Shown one piece after another: positions 1 to 11,993 of a stretch of 64,000 bases of DNA. Origin of the DNA: Klebsormidium nitens. Taxonomy: Eukaryota > Plantae > Klebsormidiophyceae. The first letter of the stretch is position 1. Every line of letters starts with the position of its first letter. The notes below the pieces were generated by a model. That model saw only the letters and a list, made by a program, of their open reading frames with translations, did not search any database and was not told where the DNA came from. Both the position numbers and the translations under genes were made by a program. The stretch covers positions 11,247-75,246 of the forward strand of contig DF237412.1 in NCBI GenBank assembly GCA_000708835.1, in the 5' to 3' direction.

Positions 1-800
1 ACCAAGTGTTCGGAAAAAAAAGGGAACGGCTGGAAGCAGTGACGTCACGATTGCTTTAAGTGATGCTTGATTTAGTTTCAAGCGGATGAGACGTAAAGTG
101 GTCAGTGGATGGGGTGGAAAGGAGTCTGAAAAATGGGGGCTTGGAAATGAGCTGAGGAGGTTGCGAGATACAATTATGCAGTCTGTGGCGGAATCTGAAT
201 GAAGTAGAAAAGTCGGGAACAGATCCAAGGATAAGCAAGATCCCACGGGTTTAGTGGAGAACAAAACGAATTTGCCGATGGAGATGTACAATACCTCAAA
301 GGCATGAGCAGACTCGAGTAGGAATGATTGAAACCTGACACAATTGTTGGACTGGGTGGTGGAAGAGAGTTCTGAAAGCAGACTACCAAAACAGGAAAAT
401 GGCAAACGGCCTAAGGACCCGTGGGAAGCTGTTGGAAGACATTTTCCAGAAAGTATTCGGAAAGGGACCGGAAGGCAGCTAGTGGACAAAGTAATAAAAG
501 GACGCAACAAATGAGGGCAGGGGTCAGTATGTAAAGACCTCCACCGAGGTCTCAAAAAAACAAAATGGTCTTGAGAAAACACGAGCGCAGGTTCTTCTTA
601 CCATAACTTTGCACGCCGCTTCCCCATGCCCGTGATCGATTACTGGAAATGTACGCACCACCCAGTGTGGGGCGGCTGACGGGACCTGTGGCGTCTGGGG
701 AATGTCTTTCACGCTCTCCATGCTGCATCGGAAAGGATGAAGATCACGTCAGCCACGTCATCCCGGAAAGATTGCTTCAGTCAAAATGGACGAGACAGAC

Positions 801-1031
801 TGACAGAGCGGGGTCAAGGAGAATCGGTAATTTGGGGACCGGGGCCGGAGATGCTGATGGAAGGGCTGACGTGGCGGGGTTTAGTGGCGAAACCCTGGGC
901 TACGCTTCTTTCGACCAATCATTGCTCGGTAGTCCAGGGTCAAAACCCTAAACCTCGCCACGTCAGCCCTTCCACCAGCATCTCCGGCCCGGTTCCCCAA
1001 ATTACCGATTCTCCTTGACCCCGCTCTGACA
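801..1031. repeat. Long near-perfect inverted repeat (foldback): about 100-bp arms around a 31-nt loop; MITE-like or hairpin-RNA locus
   Basis: 804-884 (CAGAGCGGGGTCAAGGAGAATCGGTAATTTGGGGA...GGTTTAG) is the reverse complement of 948-1028 with only a few mismatches. Pairing continues imperfectly to ACCCTGG (892-898) / CCAGGGT (934-940). No TSD found. Confidence 0.92.
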
Positions 1032-3655
1032 TCTCCCAATACAATCGCTGGAGTCGCCTTCGAAGCTAGGAGAGTTTTGACTCTGGGTGGAGAAGTATTG
1101 ACGGTGACGTGTCAAAGCTCAGCCTAAATAACGGACGAGCCCATCAGGGCCGTCATGAGTGGAAGCCAGCTGCGTCACGAGCCGCAGAGGGCTGACAACT
1201 GGCACCATACAAAAACCGCTCCTCAATGTGAAAAGGAAATCAAGCAATAAAGCCTTTGTTGAGATTCCTGAGTACGCATACTCCTCTATAGTGCCAAATA
1301 GCTCAATCAGCCCAGTCAGTCTCTAGCGGCTCTCGAAATTGCAAAGAGGGCAATACATCCTGCTCCTCGCAGGGCGCAAGACCTCTGAAACGACGACCGA
1401 CGATTTTCGCATCTCTAACACTGATATCGCTTCTAGATTTCCTTCTAAGTTTCAACATTTGCTACTCTAGTGCACTGCACTCAAAGTTCCTTAAGGAGGC
1501 TTTCGTCTAAATTGAGCGTCGAAAGGATAGCTAACCTGGGCAGAAACTGAGGGCGCACCATAGAGCAGCTATGTTGTTAGTAGATCGGCGGCAGCATCTT
1601 GAATGCGCGCGGCGAGTGACGACGTCCTGGAGAAGGTTTGAGATACGTTTGGTCAAGGTTGAACGCAAAAATTCGAATGGCCTCATCATTGGCTTCCTGA
1701 AAACTTGAGTACTTTGTAGCACGTCTTACGTACAAGAAAGTCAGACGATCGTCGTGATAACTGCGCCGGATCTGTAAGGAGAGAGGTTCAGTCATCCTCA
1801 AATCATGGTAAACCTGTCACCTAGAGTTGAAGAGGACATTTTAAGGAGCTCGAGAATTCCAAAACTAAATGTCTCCTAAACAAGGGGCGCGAAATGTTGA
1901 TCCCAAACTGATTTTGAAAGTGAAACTGTGTCTTCTGGCCCTTCCAAGCGTCGAAACCGAATAGATCTTACATCAAAGGCAGAATTGAGGATAAAGCGAA
2001 TCTCCAAGCATATCTCCGCTTTCTCTTCAGAGCACTTAGTTGCGACTGACCGTCACAGTAACATAGGAGCAGCACCAGAAAGACATCCTTTCGGCTCAGG
2101 CACTATATCAACACGGTACAAACTCGAAAGGTGTGAAAAAGCGAAACATGTGTCCTTCCGGGTGACATCCAGCTAGCAATCTCTTGCAGGAGGCCTCTTG
2201 GATCGGAAACAGAAGCGGATTCGCATGAGAAGCCACGGCGGGGCAGCATGTCCTTCCCATTCCTTTGGATCGGGTAGACTCCAAATATCTGAATAGACGA
2301 GTTCGATGATCCCACGTTGTTTCAAAGGATCACTCGTTCTAAGAAAGTCCGAGGTCGAAATTCAAAGACCTGTCAGTCCATCTGATCATGATCATACTGC
2401 CTGATGGAGTTCTGGCCTGTCTTTGACTTTCTTGTACACTTCCGAAGCTTCAATAGAAACTCGACTTTCCAATGGTTGAAATCAGAAGTCTATTTCCAGA
2501 GGAGACGACGGCTTGGCATGTTGCTTACCAGGATGATGAGCTGGGCGCATTCGCCCCAGAAGATTGGTCGTAGTTGGCAGGCACCCGCGGGCAGTAGAGG
2601 AAGCACGCGAATTTTTCCCGAAGAAAGTTGATGCGTTGATGTTCCGTGAAGATGATAAAACGGCAGAGACGAAGGCACCAGCAGGCTGCAAGTAAGGTCT
2701 CCATTAACGGCCTGCTCTGTTCGTGAAAACTCAATCATTCTGTGGAAGCTTTTCTCAGCAACCACGTCAGTCAGCTTCAAAGGTTCAGACCGATGCTATA
2801 AGGGCCTGATGAGATCTCAGAAGGAGTTCGGGTTCGAACTCGAGTAGAATTCAGGAGGGCGTTTGGAAGGATCAAGACTTCATCAGTTGACCTCGAGAAT
2901 CCTAGTCCCCCGTCTTCTCAGAGGCAACGAGAATCAGAATCGAGCGTATCAATACGTGCACCATAAAGAGCACCAAATCGCAAACTGTAACGAAATCTGC
3001 CACCTCTTTCCCGGCCCGCTTTTCCAACAATGAGAAGCTTTCGTGAAACAGAACTTTGACAGATCCAGATTTCAGCATCTCTTCGTGGTAAGCTCAACGA
3101 AGTACGAAATAGTCGGCGCAACAAGATGAGTTTACAATCTCCAGGCTGCAAGATGTTTGACTAGCACCTCAAACCAACAATGCCAAGCGATACCGGAGTT
3201 CAGATGATTGAGCAAGGTCTTGAAGTCGCATGGGCTGAGATTGCTGACCTTGCAGAAGGGCTCGCACTGTACCGCAGGCCGTGCGTCGTTCAGTTGTTAC
3301 ACCTCCTTGCAGGGACCAGAAAATGGCAGGCTGCTGACGGAACTAGGCGATTGACTGTGGAGGAAGATGATGACCATCAGGGCCTGAAGTAGACGTCAAA
3401 AGTCTAGGCTTCAGGAGCTTGCAGAATAACATTAAAGCTCAGGCTGACCGGACGATACATGCGCCAGCATGTGCAGGCTCGTCGGAGGTGTTCTTGCCGG
3501 CTTTTGCTTAGGATGCTTTGAAGCAAAATCTCTTTGTCTCTTTGCGGAACTCTAAGCCCATCCCAAATCAGATAAAGGAAAGATGCAAAGATTATTACAG
3601 CAGGCCCCCCCTTGACACCTCATCGATCCACACATAGGGGTCGATAGGGCATGTA

Positions 3656-4740
3656 ATGCACGTTCAAGATTCAAACAACCAACCCCTGAAGCAGGACCAG
3701 AGTCTGAATTGCCAACTCTTGCGCAAGCTGCTGCAGTTTGACCAACCGTATACTTGGCCTATACAGGTGTCCGTTTTTTATTTACTCAAAAGCGAGTCAG
3801 GAGTAAGAGAACCGCATCTTGGAGACGGAGGTTACGGAGGAGCGAGTTGCGTTGATAGGAAAGGGTTCGACGACACACCAGAACTAGAGGGAGGCCGCGT
3901 TGTCGGCAGGCGTGGCTCGTACACTGACGGCTCCAGCAGCAAACAGCAAGCACAGCGCGAGCAGATAGTGAGGCGACGAGAGCGGAACGCCGTCGGCAAG
4001 CAAGGAGATAGTGATGACGTCAGCAGCCTGCACAGAAGGAAGAGCTGATCAGCCTAGAGCCCGAAACAGTAGTGGGCGGAAGGAACTTCCTTCAAGGAAT
4101 GCTCAGGAAGGGATGCTCAGGAAAGAAACTGCTCCTTCTTGAGTCGATTGTTACAAAGACCTGCCTCTGAGGAAGTTGACAGATGCAGTATGCTTCGTGA
4201 TGCTCTCCGTATAAATGTCTCCGCTTTGCAGAGCGTAAAAGGACAACAATCTCCTGGTGGAAGAAAGTGGAACCACATAGGAAAGGAGCATAACTTGTTT
4301 ACGTCAAAGTTTCTCAATCCTGCAGCAGATTTGGTCGACCTTCAAATCGTCGATCACAGCCTCTCAGGAGAAGACGGTTTTTGGGAGGAAAAGCACCACA
4401 TGGCTCTCAGTCTGAATTCAGCTCGCTGTTTCTCATTCGATTGCCATCCAAAAAGACCTTAAACCCTGCGTGTGGTTGTCAAAGATGGCCAAAAGGCTCA
4501 TTCTTACTTGCCCAAAGGCTACTTCTTCACCCGAAGCCCTTCTTCATAACGAGAACACTACAAAGGCACTGCTCAAAGAAACAAAACCCCTTGAAAACCC
4601 CTCAGGTCTGCTTTCAATAAGAGCCCTGCCTAGCGTATTCACACTCAAACTTCGAGCCTTATTCATGACTCTTTGCTTGACCACCAACCACAAGTCCCCA
4701 GAGAGGCAACGACGAGGCAATTGCAGAGACGATAAATGAG
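3656..4740 (+). pseudogene. Decayed long reading frame, family not recognised
   Basis: ORFs 3656-4048 and 4139-4462 share one frame, which continues past 4700 interrupted by several stops. No recognisable motif. Confidence 0.35.
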
Positions 4741-6481
4741 AGAGCCTCCCCCTGAAGCAGGAAGATGGCAGAAGCTGCATTGAAACGAGCACGTTTGTTT
4801 AGGCACATCAATCAGAGCTTTCAAAGAATCTTACCTGCCTTGTTTCTAGAACTTGGCCTCCTCAAATCGCACGCAATGCGGAGATGTCTCTCTGATTGTC
4901 CTTGCAAGACCAGACTTTCTCCTTCTCAGAAATGTCACGAACTTCTGAGCGCGCCTTGCCCGCGCCTTGCCAGATGCGTTTATCTCCGTCAAGCCCGTGT
5001 GTCCAGAGAGGAGGGATGCGAAGTACAGCCTTGCTTGTCTGAAGAACGCGGTGCTGCGGAATCATGAATCCAAGGACACTGCTTATTGAGCAAGGCTGAT
5101 ATCTGAGAGGCAATGCTGAACTTGAAAGAGGGCAGCGCTGAACTTGTTGCCAATGTTGTTGATGCTGAACGGTCTTTCTATAATCAGGAAGAGGAGGCTG
5201 CAGCTGGTTTTGATCAAGGATGCCGTCCTTGCATGGATCAAGCAGCAGCCGCAAATTGAGAAGCAATCAGGAGTTGCTCAGAACGATATACCAGAGTCTC
5301 GTTTGCTCTGCATGAGGTTGCCGCAGAGGAACCTTTGAATCTGGCTTCTCAACTAGCCGTTTCTCAAGGCGCGCAATCAGGGATCTAATGGCTCTGATCG
5401 CATTCGCTAAGGCTAGCCGTTGGCGGATTGCTTCATGCTTCAAGACAGATGCGAGACAAGCAACGCGGTCAACGCCTCGGAATATGCGGCAGCCGACATT
5501 GCATGGAGTGTACAGAGACGGCTTGAAAAGATCTTCGTCCATCTTCGCCCCAGAAATGCTGCCAGGCGGGCGCGTACGGCATGCAGAAGGCATGTGCCGC
5601 CCTCACGTAGCATGCAAGATGAGTCCTCTGGAAGTTGACATGTGAGGACATGCTTTGTCACTGTGCGTGAGTACGTCCGGCCACAGCGAGTGATCAGAGA
5701 CGATCATGCGTGATATTCCGGACTGTGACTTACATATGTAACACGTCAATTCGGAGGACGTTTGCTCGGTGACCATGCCACTGGCAGGGTGACGAACCAG
5801 GCTCCATATAGCTCCATGCAGGTTGCCGGGCCAGGCGGCCCGGCAGCTCCGTCAATTGTCCGGAGCCCGATCGACTCTTGATTCAAACGCATGACGTACT
5901 AGTACGTCTGCACTTCCCCGTGCAGGACTTTCTGTACCAAATCACCTACTGTATTACATGGTTTTCAAAAGAGTCCATAGACTCTGTAGTCTCCGGACCT
6001 CCATAGTACAAGTCCAGATCGATCTTGACTAATTCCCTGCCAGCAGCCGGCTGGTATTACCGGGGTATTATCCTGGTGTCATGGTGTCAACGGTGCAAAT
6101 TAGATAAATAAATGGGCTTCTGACGGACCTATTCTGAAGAATTATTACCTTCAGCTAGTGAAGCTAGCTGAGCGCGGGCTCATGCAGTGGTCTGATTGCC
6201 AAAGCGTCCCGTGACCAGGAAAGCTAGGTAGCGAAATAACCGTCAATTTATCATTCTACCCCGCGCGCGCTTCATTGAGCATTTGCACCGTCCGATCAGC
6301 GCCTCTAGCGGACCATCCACGGACAACTCTTCGGGCCCACATTGATGTCAGCTTGCTACATCTAGATTCTAGGTCCTAGCTAAGGTTTGCCAGCAGATGC
6401 GCATGAATGCTCAGGCGGTGAGGGTGCAGTGAGCTCTGCAGCCTGGAGTATTCTCTTCTCGCCTGTCTTTGAAGATACAAG

Positions 6482-6983
6482 ATGGCCCGCGGGGGAGCTG
6501 GCAAGCGGCCCCACTCTCCCGAGAGCGACGGGGAGGGGGCAGCTGGGCGCCCAAGCGCAGCGTCTGCTTTCCCTGAAGAAGGCGTGTTTCCCGTCAGCGA
6601 CCCTGCATTTCCGAAGAACCCCTTTATTGAGAGCCTTGAGCTGGATGATGAGAGCGATGACGGAGAGGACCTGGATAATTCATTTGCAGCAATCGCCCCC
6701 CATGTCGATATCATGTTCGACCCTCCCGCCAGGCGGCCAGCTATCGGCGTCAATCCCACTAATCGAGGCAATGCATCACCGATTACCGAGTCTGAGACTG
6801 AATCGGTGGGCGGCCAGGCAAGCACCGCTTGGAGCGGCGTAAAGGGTCCGATGCAAACAGATTTCGTAAGCGGCGGAGTGGGAGGGTTCGACGGGGGCGG
6901 ACTTGCGTCGGGCGGCTCCAGGGGTCCTGTGACGACAGTGAATGATAAAGGAGTGCTGGTGATCAGGCAGAGCAGTGATGCAG
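6482..6983 (+). CDS. Candidate first exon of an unknown acidic, low-complexity protein (downstream exons appear decayed)
   Basis: ATG at 6482, open frame (MARGGAGKRPHSPESDGEG...LELDDESDDGED), ending at donor-like GCAG|GTACGC near 6983. No intact continuation found. Confidence 0.3.
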
Positions 6984-9347
6984 GTACGCTGAACAGGGCT
7001 CCCGATTGCTCCCCTCTTCTCTAACAGTGGTTTGGGTGCGCTCTTGCAGCTTTGGCGTCAATCGAAAGTGCATTCCTCATATGCTTGTTGACGATGTAAG
7101 ATCGGGCTTGCATTTTGAATCTATTCTCTTGGCTAGACCAATGACCGGGCTCACATTCGACAATGTTGCTGCTTCTGCACACACATCAGTTTCTCTCAGA
7201 CGAGTCTACCGGAGCCAGTCAACCTTGTTGAAAGTCTCGAACGTGATGGATTGCTTGAAGGCTTTTGAACACGATGCCAAACATCAAGGTATGTCAAGTG
7301 TTTGTTAGAGACCTCAGGTTTCACCGGGAGCTTCGGTAAGCAATGTCGACCTTGCATGTTCACATTCATTGATCGAGTCACTGAATCTGATAGATCTCCC
7401 AGCTTGCTGCTCAGAGCAATCTCATGCAAGAAGGCCATCAAACGGGGATTGACGAGACTCTCCCTGACTTCTGCGACAGTTGTTTGCTTGACTGCTGAAC
7501 CGCTTTAAGCAAAGTTTGTTCACGCATCCTAAAAAGAGAGTAATATTGAGCACCACACCTGTGACTCATCTAGAACTCCTTCCTTCTCCCCTTTCAAAGA
7601 AAGTGCAGGGCTTTGCGCAGCTACTCTCACAGGACTCTTTGTTTGCTAATGCTACTGGGCTATAAAGCAAGGTGCCACCGCCAGGCTCCATAGCGACCAC
7701 AATTGTCATGCAGAGACCTGTAGCGAAGTCCCCCCAAAAGCGACCCTATGTGCCCCTATCCGAGGCAGGGAAGCAGGACGTTTAGAGCAAGGAAAGTTCT
7801 GAGCTGTTCACAGTTGAGCTTGTTCTGAGACTGCAACACGCATCTTCATGCAGGCAATGCTAGCGCCTCTCCTGCGGTAGGCGGTTTCCCGCAGCTCACA
7901 AAGGTGCGGACGAGGTGAGCCCTATGCAACCATGACTGTCTTTGCATTCACATGTGCAGAAGGTGCCAACTTTGGTGACGGGGGCAATGTATTGCAAGTT
8001 AATGAGGGGTCTACATGCGACCTCTGCAATCAAAGTCTAATAGAGGGAGTCTGTTTTCTGATCAGAGTTGGTTGAAGTATCCGAAGTTCCTGTTCTCTTG
8101 CACAGGTTGGTTACTGACCTAGCTGACCACTCATTTGACTCACAACATGGTTGAGAGAAAAGAGTCGCTGCTATCCAGTTGGCAAAAGCTGGTTCTGCTG
8201 ACAAAGTTGACGCTTTTGCTTGAGCAGTCCCAGAAGGATTTGCCGTCAGCGTTTGCATTACAGATAACCTAGCGTTACTCCCTTTGAAAGTTCGCTCTTG
8301 TATCTTCAGGTTAACTGAGCTCCGGAGCGATAGAATGGGAAAAGCTTCAGATCTAAATAAGAAACACTGATTGCTAATGCCTATGTTCAGGCGAGAAGAA
8401 GGCCAGCCCCTTGCACGTGGGGTAAGCGACGCCGCCCGGGGTAGCAACCAATCAACGCCTGCTGTTGGGGCCGAGGGCATCTCCCCCACAAGCATGCAGT
8501 TTGCACCCGAGGCAGCAGACAAGTACAGAACGCCAAGGGAGGTAAGGGAACAGCCAAGGATGAAGTGATTCGGACTGTTTGATCTCTGTAGCTGGTTGGG
8601 ATTTAGAGGGCTCGTAGAAGTCTTGGACGGCTCCTAAAGACTCGTTCACTGAATCAACACTTGAATACATGGAACCCCAATGAAACTTCTACCATCCCTC
8701 CACCGCTCAGCTTCTCTGGTCAAAAGACGAGGTCTGTGGCTCATGATCGGCCTACTTTCCGGCTCTATTTTATCAGTCCCCTCTGAGCAGCGGAAGGCTA
8801 GGAGGACGGAAGTGTGACTGTTCTTGAAGCACCAGATATATCCCGAGGAATACTTCAAAGCAGAGGTGAAAATGCGCGGAAGGAACATGTCGCATCCCGC
8901 AGGTACCCGAGGCTGTCTTCTCGCCAGTCGCGTCTGAGCTGCGGGAGGCTCAGGAAGACCGAATTACCGAGACCCCACACAGTTTGCTGTCTCCCGAAGG
9001 CCAGAGACTCGCGGCTGCATGGAGCGCTCAGGCGATCAGGGAAGGGGGGGCACAAGCGGCTGCGCCATGGTCTAGCATCTCCAATAGGTGAGGGGCTGCT
9101 GTACACGAAGAGTTATTAAAGCTGGATTGGGTAGAAAGAATGTCTGAGCGCATTGTCTGAGAGGGTCTGCGATTCGTCGGTGTTGCTGCCTTCTAACCGG
9201 AAGTGTCTGGTCTTTGAAACGGCGAGTGACTTAATGGCAGATGCGCCTGTCAGGTTTCAACTTGTAGCGACCTTAACCATCTTTTACCGTCCTTGCGCCT
9301 CTGAGGATGTTCCGAGCTCGCTCTTCTAGGACTCTTCACATTTGCAG

Positions 9348-11314
9348 GTCAACCGGAGAGTCCACGTCGAGCTTCAGAACCATCAGAATCTTGAAACTTC
9401 GTCGCAGCTCAATGGCCAGCCGTCTTGTGATGGACAAGGCCCGCACCAATGTTTGGTCGATGGCTGCTATAAGGAGTCTTCCAGACGTCTTTTTCTCGAC
9501 AGATCAGACTATTGAAAGCTCTGATCGTCAGAAGCCTCAAGACGCGACAGATCGGGAACCCCGACTACTTTTGCCCGTGCAGTTCTCTGGTCAGCCGGCC
9601 AGTCCCTGAAGACGTCGGCACCGTTCTCTGCTACATCGTTCGCGAGAAAGACTCCTTATACCGCCTCTACACCCAGCAGGGCACGGGTCGGCCCGACCGG
9701 CTTCTCCTCATTGCGCGAGAACACAAACGCGCGGGCAAAACCGACTTTACCATCGCGTCCACATTGGCCGGCATAAAGAGCCGGGAACCGGAAGACGGGT
9801 TTGTGGGTACGGTTCAGGGGAACGTTATGGGAACCCGGTTTGCGTTGACCGGGGCTGGGGTTAGAGAGGATGAGACAGGGACGGTAGAAGAAAAGAGGCT
9901 GCTAGCGGTGACGAACTTCCAGGGGTCAGCGAAGAAGCTGAGTGGGGACTATCGGCGGATGACGGTTACGGTGCCGAAACCCGTGGTGGTTACTGCCAGC
10001 GACACATCTGCGGAGGCTCCGGTAAGTGCTTGTTTGGCATTGGCGAGCCTTATTTCACGGGTTTCCTTGTAGGATCATGTTTTCCAGTGTGGCAACAAAT
10101 CTGAAGCTGAAGATTGCATGGTCCAGCTGCGCTGTGGATCTCTGTTACTCCATGGCGTCTAGTTCAAGTTGTCCGTTTGGCAAGGTTAGGGAAACCACTT
10201 CAGTCAGTAGACACAGCTTGGGTGGTTTGGAGCACGGAACGAGGAATCAGCGACTGAGAAATGAATCAAGCTCCTCGGAGATTGCCGTCACCTTTTGCAT
10301 AAGAACCTGGTCAGCTGGGCGCGATGGAAGCTTATAAATGTTGCGCGTGAAGTTAGTTGTACGTTAAGGGTATCTTTCAGGGTAGCCCATACGACTAACG
10401 CGGCGTCCTTGAAGTTGCGCATTTGCATCAATGTCGTCTCAAATCTGGACATGTTGAAATCTTGATTGGTTTAGTTTCCAGATTCATTCTTTGGTAACCG
10501 CTACTTGTCCCCTCGCTTTCTCCTGAGCTTCTGTACTTCAGGAGAGCATCTCGCCCTCCCTAATACGGCGGCCTTTCAAAAGTGGGGGCCTTCAAAATCT
10601 GCTTTTCGACTCTTAAAACATCATGCTAAGTCCGTTGTGCGATTCTCTAACCAGGATGTCATCCACTTTTTTTCAGGTGGGCTCCCTCGCCCTACCCGAC
10701 ACGTGGGATGCGAAAGACGGCGTTGCCCAGACCGCCGTGCTGAACACCAAAGTCCCGTACGTGCGGCGCGTGAACGGCGTGACGCAGCATTACCTCCCGT
10801 ACCACGGGCGGTGCCGGCTGCCGTCCGTCAAAAACTTCCAGCTCGTGTACGAAGACGACCAGGAGCATGTGGTGCTTATGTTTGGCAAGGACAGCAAGCA
10901 CACCTACTGCATGGACTACAGGTGGGGCGACGACTTCGATTTATGCGCCAGTCTCTCGCTGTCGTAGTGGTCAGCAGATTGCTTGCATCGCCCAGTTCGT
11001 GGTTCGGGCTCGCAAGGAAAAGCACAGATTCTGACTATTGCTGATCATCCGGGATCTCCTGATGACTCACTCAAAAGGTGTATTGCGAGCATGAGTGGCT
11101 ACTGTCTCCGATCTCTTTGGCCAGGGGAGATGCGTCGTCTGTGTTTCGATCTTGCAAAGCACTTTTGGACTTTGCAAGTTCCTTTCCATTCCATATATTG
11201 CGTGAAGTTGCTCTGATCCTCTTTGCGACCTCCTGCAGTTGGCCGCTTTGCGCGCATCAGGCGTTTGGGATCAGCCTTGCCTCCATCGCGACCAAGTTGT
11301 GCTACGCAATCTGA
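9348..11314 (+). CDS. Tubby-like protein (Tub domain), divergent; 5' end uncertain (possible extra exon about 8900-9088)
   Basis: Exons about 9584-10021 (SLVSRPVPEDVGTVLCYIVREKDSLYRLY...FVGTVQGNVMGTRF), 10677-10921 (GRCRLPSVKNFQLV...VVLMFGKDSKHTYCMDY) and 11239-11314 (WPLCAHQAFGISLASIATKLCYAI*) splice in phase. They match the Tubby hallmarks 'SVKNFQL', 'FGK...MDY' and 'PLS..QAF.I.L.S..TKL'. Confidence 0.9.
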
Positions 11315-11993
11315 CCGGGACTGTTGCATTGACTGATGGCACGGTGTCTACATGGAGCCGGGCACACACACTTGAAGACTGTTTACTGACCTTGTACTTC
11401 ACTTCGTTTAAAAAGCCATTTGTAATACAGTGGCCACAATGTCTCTCTGTAGGCAAAGAGAGCGATGGGTAGCAAGGGGTTTACCAAAAAATGTTTATGA
11501 TTGAAGCTGTTGAAAGCTTCAATTCATACAGCCGTCGCGTCTCTTCATGGACCGTCTCAGTGGTCTTGTCAAAGTATAATAGCATGTCTGTATTTCTGTC
11601 GCCGCATGGGAACCTGGTTGATTCTTCTGGTCTGTCACGAACTTTGGAGACTTGATCGCATTTGTCCGATCAACGTATGCAAATTATATCCCCCAACTTA
11701 GTATTGCCCCAAGTTTTACGCTGATGCTAATGATGCATATATGGAGGGTTTTTTGCTAGCTTTTGTTAGATTAGCAAAATCTTACGTTAAGATGGGCCGG
11801 TCTCGCCGGACCCGGAGTCGAGACGGTCGACTCCAATTCGACTCCCGTGGATTGCATTCAATATGTCAAATCGTTTGTCGAATCAATATCGTCAAATTGC
11901 CCTAGTGAGATCGGATCTCAAGGTTTGACTGATGCATGTGAATTCCGTGTAACAAGGTGATTTGAGGCCGGTTAGTATACATGCCTGTCAGAG

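Noticed and set aside
1176-1217. Exact RSS nonamer ACAAAAACC at 1209-1217
   Set aside because: No CAC heptamer at 12 or 23 bp spacing (nearest is CACGAGC, 26 nt away), and it lies about 60 kb from the transposase; expected by chance.
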